Below are positions 23,156 to 31,542 of a DNA stretch of 55,391 nt, in pieces. The notes under the pieces were generated by a model, which saw only the letters and a program-made list of their open reading frames with translations, did no database searches and was not told the origin of the DNA. The position numbers were made by a program, and so were the translations under genes. Numbering within the stretch: the first letter of the stretch is position 1; each line of letters starts with the position of its first letter. The DNA is from Candidatus Omnitrophota bacterium (GTDB taxonomy: Bacteria > Omnitrophota > Gorgyraeia > JABMRG01 > JAFGKX01), in NCBI GenBank assembly GCA_020354945.1, contig CP070655.1:697119-752509 (forward strand), given 5' to 3'.

Positions 23156-23521
23156 ATGAAAAAGAAGGTATTAGGGGCAGTAGGAGCACTGGAGATAGAA
23201 CTTGAGGGGACCGAAAATATCATGCTTATGGTTCTCTCAGGGCAGATAGATAACTATACTTCAGAAGAGATAGCTAAAATAATAAATGAGCATATCAGCA
23301 AAGGAAATTTAAAGATTATAGTTGACTTAACCAAAGTAGACTATCTAGATAGCGCAGGGCTAAGTTGCCTTATCAATGCAAAAATAAGGCTTTCAAAAAG
23401 AAACGGCGGCCTTCGCCTTGTAGGATTAAAAGGGAAGGCGCGGGAGGTATTCGATCTGGCAGGTTTGACTCAGATGTTCGATATTCATGAGAACCGCGAG
23501 GCTGCCTTTGAGGGATTTTAA
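23156..23521 (+). CDS. STAS-domain anti-sigma-factor antagonist (SpoIIAA/RsbV-like)
   Basis: The track ORF 23009-23521 overlaps the tRNA. The real start is ATG 23156, with AGGAG at 23145-23149. The 121-aa product carries the phospho-acceptor motif VDYLDSAGLSCL. Confidence 0.85.
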   Translation: MKKKVLGAVGALEIELEGTENIMLMVLSGQIDNYTSEEIAKIINEHISKGNLKIIVDLTKVDYLDSAGLSCLINAKIRLSKRNGGLRLVGLKGKAREVFDLAGLTQMFDIHENREAAFEGF

Positions 23522-23522
23522 A

Positions 23523-23580
23523 GGGGACAGGTTCCCGATTGAAAATAGGGCAGGTTCCCGAACAAAACCAGAAACGTCCC
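23523..23580. repeat. 58-nt dispersed intergenic element, copy 2
   Basis: ggggacaggttcccgattgaaaatagggcaggttcccgaacaaaaccagaaacgtccc fills the entire gap between the convergent STAS and PP2C genes. Confidence 0.85.
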
Positions 23581-25514
23581 TATTTCGCTTTCAGCACAAT
23601 TATAGTGATATCGTCATGCTGGGGTGCTTTTCTGGTAAATTTCTTTAGTGTTTTGTAAATATGTTCTATAATCTCTTTTGCGCTTTTGTTCCTGCATTCT
23701 GAAAGCGCTTGTTTTATCCTGTTTTCACCAAATTCTTCTTTTTTGACATTCCGTGCTTCTGTAACACCATCTGTGTATAGCAAAAATATATCTCCGCTAC
23801 CAAAAGGGGTCTGCCTTTCCGTATATTCTGTCCCTTCCATAATTCCTACTGCCATACCGCCTTCTACCTTAAGGGTTTCTACTTCAGCGTTCGGATGTGC
23901 AATAATTAAGGGTAGATGGCCTGCATCTGCGAGCTTTAAAATTTTCTTTCTTACATCAGCTATCAAATAATAAACTGTTACAAAAAGGCCTGATGTTGAC
24001 TCCGCTGATATCTGATTGTTTAACCGGGCCATTACATCGGCAGGTTGGTTTCTGCCCCTTGCGTGAAATCTGAAATTGCTCACCGTCATTGCCATAAATA
24101 GAGCGGCAGGGACGCCTTTTCCGGAAACATCGCCGACCATAATGCCTATCTCATCGGCTGATATATCTACAAAATCATATAAATCTCCGCCAACTGCCTT
24201 TGCTGCATCCATAATAACAGCGATATCTAAGCCTTCTTTTTCTGGCGGGGTTTCCTTTAGGAAGCTTTTCTGAATCCTCCTGGCAATATCCAGTTCTCTC
24301 TCTATAAGCATTCGCTTATTCCTTTCAGAGATGTACTTATAAAATGTGGTAAAAAGATAAACCAGTGAAACGAGCAGCAGTGGATAAAAAAGGTCCAGCC
24401 AGGTTTTAAAAAATGCAAAGACAACATACGAAAATAAAGTAAAAACAAATAACAGCCCCACTATCATCAGCAGGCTCTTAAGAGGCTTAAGTTTCAAAGT
24501 TAAAAAACTAGCAACCAAACCAAGAAATATAAGGATTATAATATTGGTGAGTTTTCCAGCTCGATGTATAAAGTTATTGGTGAGAATAGAATTTATAATA
24601 TTTGTGTTAACGCCAACCATTGGATAATCCGCCTGCAATGGGACTGGATTTAAATCGTGTGTGCCCACAGCTGTAAGGCCTACAAGGCATATTTTATCTT
24701 TAAAAGTTTTAAGAGCCAACCTTGGCTTTTCGTTGTTTTTTAACTGAATATACGATTTTAATATATCTATAAAAGAATAATGCTTAAAGGCCTTACCCCA
24801 TCTATCAGCAAAATTTATAAGCATCTGGCCATCCTCGTCGATGCGTATTTTGATACCAGAGTCAATCTGGACAAACTTCTTATCTATCTTTACGGTATCT
24901 TGCGATTTTCCTAAATAATCACAGGCAGCTAAAAAAGAAAGCTGAGGATAAAGTCTGTCTTTATAATCGATGAAAACAGGGGTGCGCCTTAGCTTTCCAT
25001 CTATATCCGGGATTACGTTTATATGCCCGATGCCGTAGGCCGCCTTATCAAGGCTTGAAAACGGAGATGCCTCTAACTCCTGCGCTTGCGGAAAGGCGGA
25101 ATCTCCCACTTCTTTTGTGAGCCTGAATGCCAGGGCAAGATATACTCTTTTTGAAGCTGCAACTGAATTTACTAGTTCCTCATCCGAAAGCTCATTCTGC
25201 TTTTGTGCGAATATGACATCGAATATTATAGAGCGGGCACCAAATTCAGTCAATATATCTATCAGGCGTGCGTAAAATTCTCTATCGATGGGCCAGGTAC
25301 CAATTTGCTCTAAGGTATCCCGGGCTATTTCTATTATGGCTATTCTGTCCGAAGTTCTCTGGGCAGGCCTTAACTTAAACCTTAAATCTAAGGTGGCTAA
25401 TTCATATACATCAAATATTCTAAAATAGGAAATTAGAATTATCAGTGCGCTTATAACCAGTGCTGCGATTATCCCAATGGGCCGCTTGCTTATATAGATT
25501 GATTTGATAGGCAT
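23580..25514 (-). CDS. CHASE2 sensor-domain / PP2C (SpoIIE-type) serine phosphatase
   Basis: 644 aa. An N-terminal TM segment is followed by CHASE2-like DLRFKLRP...IAIIEIARDTLEQIGTWPIDREFYARLIDIL...IIFDVIF. Three TM helices and the PP2C motifs GGDLYDF, GDVSGKGVPAALFMA and YTDGVTEA follow. Confidence 0.85.
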   Translation of the reverse strand: MPIKSIYISKRPIGIIAALVISALIILISYFRIFDVYELATLDLRFKLRPAQRTSDRIAIIEIARDTLEQIGTWPIDREFYARLIDILTEFGARSIIFDVIFAQKQNELSDEELVNSVAASKRVYLALAFRLTKEVGDSAFPQAQELEASPFSSLDKAAYGIGHINVIPDIDGKLRRTPVFIDYKDRLYPQLSFLAACDYLGKSQDTVKIDKKFVQIDSGIKIRIDEDGQMLINFADRWGKAFKHYSFIDILKSYIQLKNNEKPRLALKTFKDKICLVGLTAVGTHDLNPVPLQADYPMVGVNTNIINSILTNNFIHRAGKLTNIIILIFLGLVASFLTLKLKPLKSLLMIVGLLFVFTLFSYVVFAFFKTWLDLFYPLLLVSLVYLFTTFYKYISERNKRMLIERELDIARRIQKSFLKETPPEKEGLDIAVIMDAAKAVGGDLYDFVDISADEIGIMVGDVSGKGVPAALFMAMTVSNFRFHARGRNQPADVMARLNNQISAESTSGLFVTVYYLIADVRKKILKLADAGHLPLIIAHPNAEVETLKVEGGMAVGIMEGTEYTERQTPFGSGDIFLLYTDGVTEARNVKKEEFGENRIKQALSECRNKSAKEIIEHIYKTLKKFTRKAPQHDDITIIVLKAK

Positions 25515-25517
25515 TAA

Positions 25518-26489
25518 TTAGAAGAATATATGTATGCCTGCAGACGATATGGAATCAGAATATCTATTCGTGGGTTCGTTAGAATAAGTCTGGGTATAGG
25601 TATAACCTGCGCTTATATAGGCTGATTTATATATATTATAATAGACTGTTGCGCCTAAAACAAAAGTCTTTTGTGTCTCTGTGGCATTCAGGTCTATATT
25701 TTTTCTTGTATCAAAATCTTTATATCTGTAGCTTCCGTGGCCTACTAAATACAAGACTTTAAAAACAGGCATACTTATAAAAGCGCTTGTTTTATACGAT
25801 ATATAATCGTAGTAATCCATATATTCATCATTAGAATCATTAAAATCTATTTTTTCTTCAACCTTGACTAAGAGGTCTTTTATATACCTGCCTATATTTA
25901 CAAAATCGCCTACGCCAAAAGTCATACTATGCATGCAATCCTCTCTGTTAGTACTTAAAGTTTTACCTGTGCCATCTTTAATTTTTCTTTTATCATAATC
26001 GTATTCTTTAAATTCGTAAGCGCCTGTTAAAAATAGATCCTTGTTTATGTAATATTCTATTTCAGCTAAAGGGCCTTGGGTAAAGTATGTCCCGTCTTTA
26101 TCGTGTGGATACCAGACTGAATCTAATACATACCCTGTCTTTATTGAAAAACCGTCTTTTAGATAATACTTAAAGAAAGCCCGCCCTTCATTATTTACAA
26201 GGTTTAAGTCTGTAAATTCGTTATAAGAAAGGTTTATAAAATCATACTCTACGCCAACGGCTAATTTATCGGTTATTTTATATTCGCCTTCTGCATAAAT
26301 ATCAGTTTCTGTAAACCAGTCTCCTTTTCTGGAAGAGTCTAAAAATACATTACTTTCAAAGCCTTCTTTTATTGCAGCTGCTATCTTTAAACCAAATGGA
26401 TTGAATTTTGATTCTTCGGCATCGGCTAAAGAGGGATTTAATAAAACAGTTATAAAAGACAGAATAACAAAAATTTGTAGTATTTTCAT
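25518..26489 (-). CDS. Outer-membrane beta-barrel protein, function unknown
   Basis: 323 aa. It has a signal peptide (..LNPSLADA), alternating aromatic/hydrophilic strand patterns and a C-terminal ..GIHIFF. Confidence 0.65.
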   Translation of the reverse strand: MKILQIFVILSFITVLLNPSLADAEESKFNPFGLKIAAAIKEGFESNVFLDSSRKGDWFTETDIYAEGEYKITDKLAVGVEYDFINLSYNEFTDLNLVNNEGRAFFKYYLKDGFSIKTGYVLDSVWYPHDKDGTYFTQGPLAEIEYYINKDLFLTGAYEFKEYDYDKRKIKDGTGKTLSTNREDCMHSMTFGVGDFVNIGRYIKDLLVKVEEKIDFNDSNDEYMDYYDYISYKTSAFISMPVFKVLYLVGHGSYRYKDFDTRKNIDLNATETQKTFVLGATVYYNIYKSAYISAGYTYTQTYSNEPTNRYSDSISSAGIHIFF

Positions 26490-26544
26490 AAGACGCTTCT
26501 TGTAATTAAATTATATTTTTACAATGGATTACGGTGGCTACTAC

Positions 26545-27342
26545 TCAAGATGTGCTCAGATCTCTCGTCACCTCTTCTCGTTTTTCCTGTTCTCTTTTTT
26601 CAAACCTGTCTTGTCGTTGTATCTCGATTCTTTTATCAGATCTATCCTGTAACTTCTTTATCCTGTCTATAATCTTTCTTTCCTCGCTGCGCATTTCTCC
26701 CTTTAACCGTTCCAGGAGTTTGCTAAGCTCTTCTCTGAAACGTGACCATTCTTTCTGCTCAAACCTTGTTAATGCAATTAACGGGCCAGGAGCCTTAAAT
26801 TTTCCAATTGTGCACGTGTGGCCTTCTTTTATTATTCTTTCTGCCGTCAGAGAACCATCTTTTTTTATGCCTTTTGCATATGCTTCATCTTCATGGCAGC
26901 CTGCGGTTGTTTTATTTCCGTCGGTATGTACAAATATGCCTGAGCCGGCTACCCCGCAGACAGCTGTAGGAGTGTGGACCTCAAAGCTCGAACCAGGCTC
27001 AAGCGCTTCTAATAAAGCGAATACTTTGCCCCTGAAAAGTTTGTGTTTATTAACTGCTATTCCTTCAAACAAGAATTCGCTTTCTTGTTCTATTCTTATT
27101 ACATTCTTTGCATCCTTATCAGTGGCAATCTTTACTGCAGAAAATTTGAAAGTTCTTATTCTGTCACCCCTCTTTATAGCCATTCCTTCCTTAGCTACAA
27201 TCCAATTGGTATCTTTTGCCCTTTGTAACTTAACCTGGCCCTTAAGATATATAATCTTTGCATCTGCGCCATCCGCAAATGTTAATGATATTGATAAATT
27301 CAAAAAAAACATACATACTAAAAATATTAATATTTTTCTCAT
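26545..27342 (-). CDS. Periplasmic FecR-domain protein with a ~70-aa highly charged C-terminal helix
   Basis: 265 aa. Signal peptide; FecR-like GQVKLQRAKDTNWIVAKEGMAIKRGDRIRT...FEVHTPTAVCGVAGSGIFV; tail EELSKLLERLKGEMRSEERKIIDRIKKLQDRSDKRIEIQRQDRFEKREQEKREE. Its start overlaps the mlaD stop (ATGA). Confidence 0.7.
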   Translation of the reverse strand: MRKILIFLVCMFFLNLSISLTFADGADAKIIYLKGQVKLQRAKDTNWIVAKEGMAIKRGDRIRTFKFSAVKIATDKDAKNVIRIEQESEFLFEGIAVNKHKLFRGKVFALLEALEPGSSFEVHTPTAVCGVAGSGIFVHTDGNKTTAGCHEDEAYAKGIKKDGSLTAERIIKEGHTCTIGKFKAPGPLIALTRFEQKEWSRFREELSKLLERLKGEMRSEERKIIDRIKKLQDRSDKRIEIQRQDRFEKREQEKREEVTRDLSTS

Positions 27343-28013
27343 TTTTTCTCCCTACTTCTACCTTTTTCCGGCTTCTTCTTCTCCTTTGTCTTAATGAGAA
27401 GCTTCCAGGGATATCGTCTTATATCATCTGAAAATGCTTCGAAATTAGCAGCAGTGGTTTTAAGTTTACCTATTATAAAATCTATGTCTTCTCTGTTTTC
27501 TAGCACAAGTTTATCTAGATTATTTATGAGCGAGCGCATATCTGCCATCGTAGATTCAACCCCTGTAGCAACCTTTCTCCCAATGTTAATAAGTTCTTCC
27601 GTCATAGTTGGGTCTTCTCCGGTTATAACAGAACCTGGTTTTAAAAATGGTGCTCCCGGAGGCCCATCGGTTAGCTCGACATATTTCTCGCCCATCATCC
27701 CCAGCATGCTGACATATGCTTTGGTTCCTTCTCTTACCTTGGCTTTCTCCTTTAAAAGCAACGTCAATAAAATCTTAGTCTCATCGCCTCTGTATAAAAT
27801 CTCTACGTCTTTTACCTCGCCCGCCTCGACGCCACGTAATCTCACCGGTGCATGTTCTTCAAGGCCGCCTACCCAATTAAACATTGCCTTTAATTCATAT
27901 GTCTTTTCTATGCCCATAAAATTAGTTATTGCAAGAGTAAAACCTGCCAATATAATTAAACATAACAGAATTAAAAGTCCTGTCTTTATCTCATTAGCTA
28001 TTCTTTTCGCCAT
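27339..28013 (-). CDS. mlaD: MCE-domain protein, MlaD-like
   Basis: 224 aa. N-terminal TM anchor, MCE core FNWVGGLEEHAPVRLRGVEAGEVKDVEI, and a Lys-rich tail. Confidence 0.85.
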   Translation of the reverse strand: MAKRIANEIKTGLLILLCLIILAGFTLAITNFMGIEKTYELKAMFNWVGGLEEHAPVRLRGVEAGEVKDVEILYRGDETKILLTLLLKEKAKVREGTKAYVSMLGMMGEKYVELTDGPPGAPFLKPGSVITGEDPTMTEELINIGRKVATGVESTMADMRSLINNLDKLVLENREDIDFIIGKLKTTAANFEAFSDDIRRYPWKLLIKTKEKKKPEKGRSREKK

Positions 28014-28028
28014 TTTCTCCTCCGTTCC

Positions 28029-28829
28029 TCATTCCGTTAACTGTTTTAAATAATCGTCTCCCTCTTGAAAAAATCTTATTGGGCCTTCGGGGCTTCCTTT
28101 TATAAACTGCTGCACTCTGGCATCTGTCGAATTTCTTATTTCATCAGGCATGCCTTCTGCTATTACCTCTCCTTCATAAAGCATTGCTATTCTATCGGCG
28201 ATACTAAAAACGCTTTGCATATCATGGGTTACTACCACGGAGGTAATCTGTAACTTCTTACTTAAATCAAGGATAAGTTTATTTACAACGCCTGCAACAA
28301 TAGGGTCTAATCCTGCGGTCGGCTCATCATAAAAGACCATTTCAGGGTCCAGCGCTATTGCCCGGGCTAATCCCACTCGTTTCCTCATTCCTCCTGAAAG
28401 CTGAGACGGCATAAGTCTTTCAAAACCTCTTAAGCCCACTAATTCCAATTTCATCTTTACCATAATCTTCATAATATTCTCATCGAGCTTGGTATGCTCT
28501 CTTAAAGGCAGGGTTATATTATTTTCTACACTCATTGAGTCAAAAAGGGCTGAACTCTGAAAGACCATACCAAATCTTTTTCTTATCTTATCAAATTCGC
28601 TTTCAGGAAGCTGAGTTATATCCTTGCCTTTTATAAAAACCTGGCCAGAATCAGGCATATGCGAACCTACTATATGACGAAGGAGTGTAGATTTACCGCA
28701 GCCACTTCCCCCCATGATTACCATGGTCTCGCCTTTATAAACTTTGAGATTAACCTTATTTAACACACGCCTTCCGTCAAAACTTTTGACCAAATCCTTA
28801 ATTTCTATTACTGCTTCTTTTTCTTGCAT
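28029..28829 (-). CDS. mlaF: ABC transporter ATP-binding protein, MlaF-like
   Basis: Walker A GGSGCGKST, signature LSGGMRKRVGLARA and Walker B VFYDEPTAGLD. The track start at 28838 is TTG; ATG 28829 (MQEKEAV..) is preferred. Confidence 0.9.
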   Translation of the reverse strand: MQEKEAVIEIKDLVKSFDGRRVLNKVNLKVYKGETMVIMGGSGCGKSTLLRHIVGSHMPDSGQVFIKGKDITQLPESEFDKIRKRFGMVFQSSALFDSMSVENNITLPLREHTKLDENIMKIMVKMKLELVGLRGFERLMPSQLSGGMRKRVGLARAIALDPEMVFYDEPTAGLDPIVAGVVNKLILDLSKKLQITSVVVTHDMQSVFSIADRIAMLYEGEVIAEGMPDEIRNSTDARVQQFIKGSPEGPIRFFQEGDDYLKQLTE

Positions 28830-28913
28830 TTCGTTCAATTTTACAGAAAAATTTCCTTTTTATATAATTTTTGTGCTGTAAAGTATCCCCTTGGGACCTG
28901 GTCCCTAAATAAA

Positions 28914-29711
28914 TTACATATTTGAGAAATAGAATATCCCGGTCAGAACACAATCTGCTAATATAATAAGGATAAAGCTGGCAACCACACTCACAGTGGT
29001 AGAATTGCCCACTCCTTCAGCGCCACCTTTTGTGCTTAATCCCATGTAACAACCGATTGTAGAAATTATTCCGGCGAAGACAAATGATTTAAAAAGACCA
29101 GTATAGATGTCCCTCAGCTCCAGAAATTCTATAGTCTTATCAATATACATACCGCTACTTAACCCTAAATTAAACACGCCTATTAACCAGCCGCCAAACA
29201 TTCCTACCAGATCAGAAAAAATAGTGAGGCATGGCAGCATAATCAAAAGGGCTATAATGCGAGGAACAGCCAGATACCTTACTGGATTAAGGGCCAGTGT
29301 TCGAAGCGCTTCTATTTGATCTGTGACATTCATACTACCCAATTCAGCTGTAATGGCTGCCCCTACCCTGCCTGCAACCACTAAAGCAGTCAATACCGGA
29401 CCTAATTCTCTGGCAATAGAAACCGCTACTAAGCTAGCCACATACATTGTCGCACCCAATTTTTCCAACTGATAGGCGCTTTGCATAGCAAGAACGATTC
29501 CAGTAAAAAGACTGACAAAAAAGACTATCAAGGTGCTCCTTACCCCAGAAAATACCATCTGTTCAAATAGACTCCTCCTGGATACAATCTTTCCTTTAAA
29601 CGGGCCTATAATGAGCCAGTAAAAAACCTGAGCGAGCAAAATGGTAATGCCTACTATGTGTCTTTTTGTCTCAATACCAAAACGCCCTATAATTGCGACT
29701 GGATTTGCCAT
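28914..29711 (-). CDS. mlaE: ABC transporter permease, MlaE-like
   Basis: 265 aa, multi-TM, with the MlaE family motif VVAGRVGAAITAELGSMNVTDQIEALRTLALNPVRYLAVPR. Confidence 0.9.
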   Translation of the reverse strand: MANPVAIIGRFGIETKRHIVGITILLAQVFYWLIIGPFKGKIVSRRSLFEQMVFSGVRSTLIVFFVSLFTGIVLAMQSAYQLEKLGATMYVASLVAVSIARELGPVLTALVVAGRVGAAITAELGSMNVTDQIEALRTLALNPVRYLAVPRIIALLIMLPCLTIFSDLVGMFGGWLIGVFNLGLSSGMYIDKTIEFLELRDIYTGLFKSFVFAGIISTIGCYMGLSTKGGAEGVGNSTTVSVVASFILIILADCVLTGIFYFSNM

Positions 29712-29720
29712 AATTTCGTC

Positions 29721-30053
29721 CTAAAAACCCGCTACAGCCTGTTCAGCAGTATCATATATTTGGAATATTTTTTCAAGCTTGGTTATTTCGAATAAGGCCT
29801 TTACCTTATCTGCCAAATTGGACAATCTAAGTCCGCCTCCATAAATTTTTATCTTCTTAAGCATCTCTACCAGCGTAGCTAAACCAGAGCTATCGATATA
29901 AGAAACCTCCGCAAGGTTTATGACTATCTTCTTCTGATAAGAGGCGGTCAATTCAGCAAAAGTCTTTCTTATGTCAGGGGAAGAATTAATATCTATATCT
30001 CCGTTTATATGACATATTACTACGCCTTGCTGGGTGGTTTTAGTTATCTTCAT
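29721..30053 (-). CDS. STAS-domain protein (anti-sigma antagonist / MlaB-like)
   Basis: 110 aa with the conserved phospho-acceptor context SYIDSSGLATLVEML. Its start overlaps the kinase stop (ATGA). Confidence 0.88.
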   Translation of the reverse strand: MKITKTTQQGVVICHINGDIDINSSPDIRKTFAELTASYQKKIVINLAEVSYIDSSGLATLVEMLKKIKIYGGGLRLSNLADKVKALFEITKLEKIFQIYDTAEQAVAGF

Positions 30054-30517
30054 CCTTCCTCCTTAAGATATTTTATCATCGTAACTCTATTTCCGTCCTT
30101 GTTAAAAAATACTTCGTTCATAAGATGCTTCATCAGGTATATACCTCGCCCTTTTGTCTTTAATAAATTCTTCCTAACAGTAGGATCTGGCAAGTGTTTA
30201 TAGTCAAAGCCGCTGCCTCTGTCTTCTATAGATACCTTAAACATCTCATCTGAGATAGAATAGTCTATTTTTACAAGCAGATTTCCATTATTTTTATTAC
30301 CGTGTTTTACTGCATTTATCAGGGCCTCTTCTAAACATAACCTTATATCAAAAGATGTAGATTTATTAATTCCTAAAGAGTGGAGTAATTTCAATATATT
30401 CTGAATGAGCTTGTTAACTTTGCTTAAACGGCTGGGTATCTGAACAGTATAAGATCTATTCACCCCGTTAGAAATATTGTTTCTAGGGAGGTTTATAAAA
30501 TTTCTAACTTGGTTCAT
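30050..30517 (-). CDS. Anti-sigma-type serine protein kinase (RsbW/SpoIIAB-like HATPase_c)
   Basis: 155 aa. N box [11 protein letters not shown] and G boxes EDRGSGFD and [10 protein letters not shown]. It overlaps the accA 3' end by 14 nt. Confidence 0.85.
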   Translation of the reverse strand: MNQVRNFINLPRNNISNGVNRSYTVQIPSRLSKVNKLIQNILKLLHSLGINKSTSFDIRLCLEEALINAVKHGNKNNGNLLVKIDYSISDEMFKVSIEDRGSGFDYKHLPDPTVRKNLLKTKGRGIYLMKHLMNEVFFNKDGNRVTMIKYLKEEG

Positions 30518-31466
30518 TAAAAATGCCTATTTTTCTAAACTTTTCATAGCGGGTTTTAAGCATCTCATCCTTATCCAGGGCGGAAACCTCCTTAAGATTT
30601 TTTATCATCGAGGCCTTTACATTCTTCATTGCCTGTTCAGGATTTCTATGCGCCCCTCCTAATGGTTCTTTTATAACTTCGTCAATTATTCCCAGCTCTA
30701 GAAGTTCATCAGCAGTTATTTTTAGAACCTTTGCTGCTTCAGGGGCTTTGGTTCTATCTCTCCATAATATAGCAGCGCATCCTTCCGGAGAAATGACTGA
30801 ATAATAGGCATTTTCCATAACGCATATTTTATCGCCTACGCCTATGCCTAAGGCCCCGCCACTGCCGCCTTCTCCTATCACAACTATTATAATAGGCACA
30901 GCTATCTGGGCCATCTCGTGTAAATTATATGCAATAGCCTCCGCCTGGCCCCTCTCTTCTGCGCCAATCCCGGGATAAGCTCCGGGCGTATCTATAAAAC
31001 AAAAAACAGGCACATCGAACTTTTCAGCGAGTTTCATAACCCTTATGGCCTTCCGGTAACCTTCCGGATGGGCACTTCCGAAATTGCGCTTTAAATTCTC
31101 CTTAATGTCCCGCCCTTTTTGATGGCCGATAATCATAATCCTAAAATTATTCAGCTTGGCCAGGCCACAGGCAATAGCCCTATCATCAGAAAAACTCCTG
31201 TCTCCGTGTAATTCTATAAAATCTGACATAATTGTCCGGACGTAATCTAATGTATAAGGCCTTTTGGGATGGCGGGATATCTGCACTCTCTGCCAGGAGG
31301 ATAGATTATTAAAAACTTCGCGTTTTACCTTTTCCAGTTTGTCTTCGAGTTTTTTTATTTCAGACTGCAGATTTATCTTTTCGGAAGTAGTAAATTTTTT
31401 TAACTCTTCTATTTTTCTTTCGAGTTCCAAAATAGGTTTTTCAAAATCTAAACCACTGCCGTTCAT
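30504..31466 (-). CDS. accA: Acetyl-CoA carboxylase carboxyltransferase alpha subunit
   Basis: 320 aa. [28 protein letters not shown] and [22 protein letters not shown] are typical AccA motifs. Confidence 0.95.
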   Translation of the reverse strand: MNGSGLDFEKPILELERKIEELKKFTTSEKINLQSEIKKLEDKLEKVKREVFNNLSSWQRVQISRHPKRPYTLDYVRTIMSDFIELHGDRSFSDDRAIACGLAKLNNFRIMIIGHQKGRDIKENLKRNFGSAHPEGYRKAIRVMKLAEKFDVPVFCFIDTPGAYPGIGAEERGQAEAIAYNLHEMAQIAVPIIIVVIGEGGSGGALGIGVGDKICVMENAYYSVISPEGCAAILWRDRTKAPEAAKVLKITADELLELGIIDEVIKEPLGGAHRNPEQAMKNVKASMIKNLKEVSALDKDEMLKTRYEKFRKIGIFNEPS

Positions 31467-31470
31467 ATTT

Positions 31471-31505
31471 CAGTTCTCAGTTATTAGTTTTAAGTTATCA
31501 GTTGG
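31471..31505. repeat. Heptanucleotide tandem repeat in the accA leader (cagttct cagttat tagtttt aagttat cagttgg)
   Basis: Read directly from the sequence; begins 5 nt upstream of the accA ATG. Confidence 0.8.
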
Positions 31506-31513
31506 ATCATTGC

Positions 31514-31531
31514 CTGCCTGCCGGCAGGCAG
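31514..31531. repeat. Perfect 18-nt GC-rich palindrome ctgcctgccggcaggcag
   Basis: Perfect palindrome. Its 16-nt core tgcctgccggcaggca recurs at 13080-13095 inside GH94 gene 1. A shorter relative, ccctgccggcaggg, lies at 42327-42340. Confidence 0.9.
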
Positions 31532-31542
31532 TGGTTGTTGGG

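Noticed and set aside
26534-27394. 286-aa plus-strand ORF, longer than the minus-strand gene it overlaps
   Set aside because: It is the antisense shadow of the K/E/R-rich FecR-domain gene. Its product is Ser/Leu/Phe low-complexity with no motif. The minus-strand ORF has a signal peptide, a FecR-like core and ATGA coupling to mlaD.
27394-28053. 219-aa plus-strand ORF
   Set aside because: It is antisense to mlaD, whose MCE motif and TM anchor are clear. The composition is Ser/Leu-rich mirror sequence.
30455-30520. Recurrence of the tRNA-Ala-terminator arm word ccccgttagaaat inside the rsbW-like 5' end
   Set aside because: It is a single 13-nt match within a coding overlap region (accA/rsbW-like), and only a weak local hairpin can form. 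This is insufficient to call an element.
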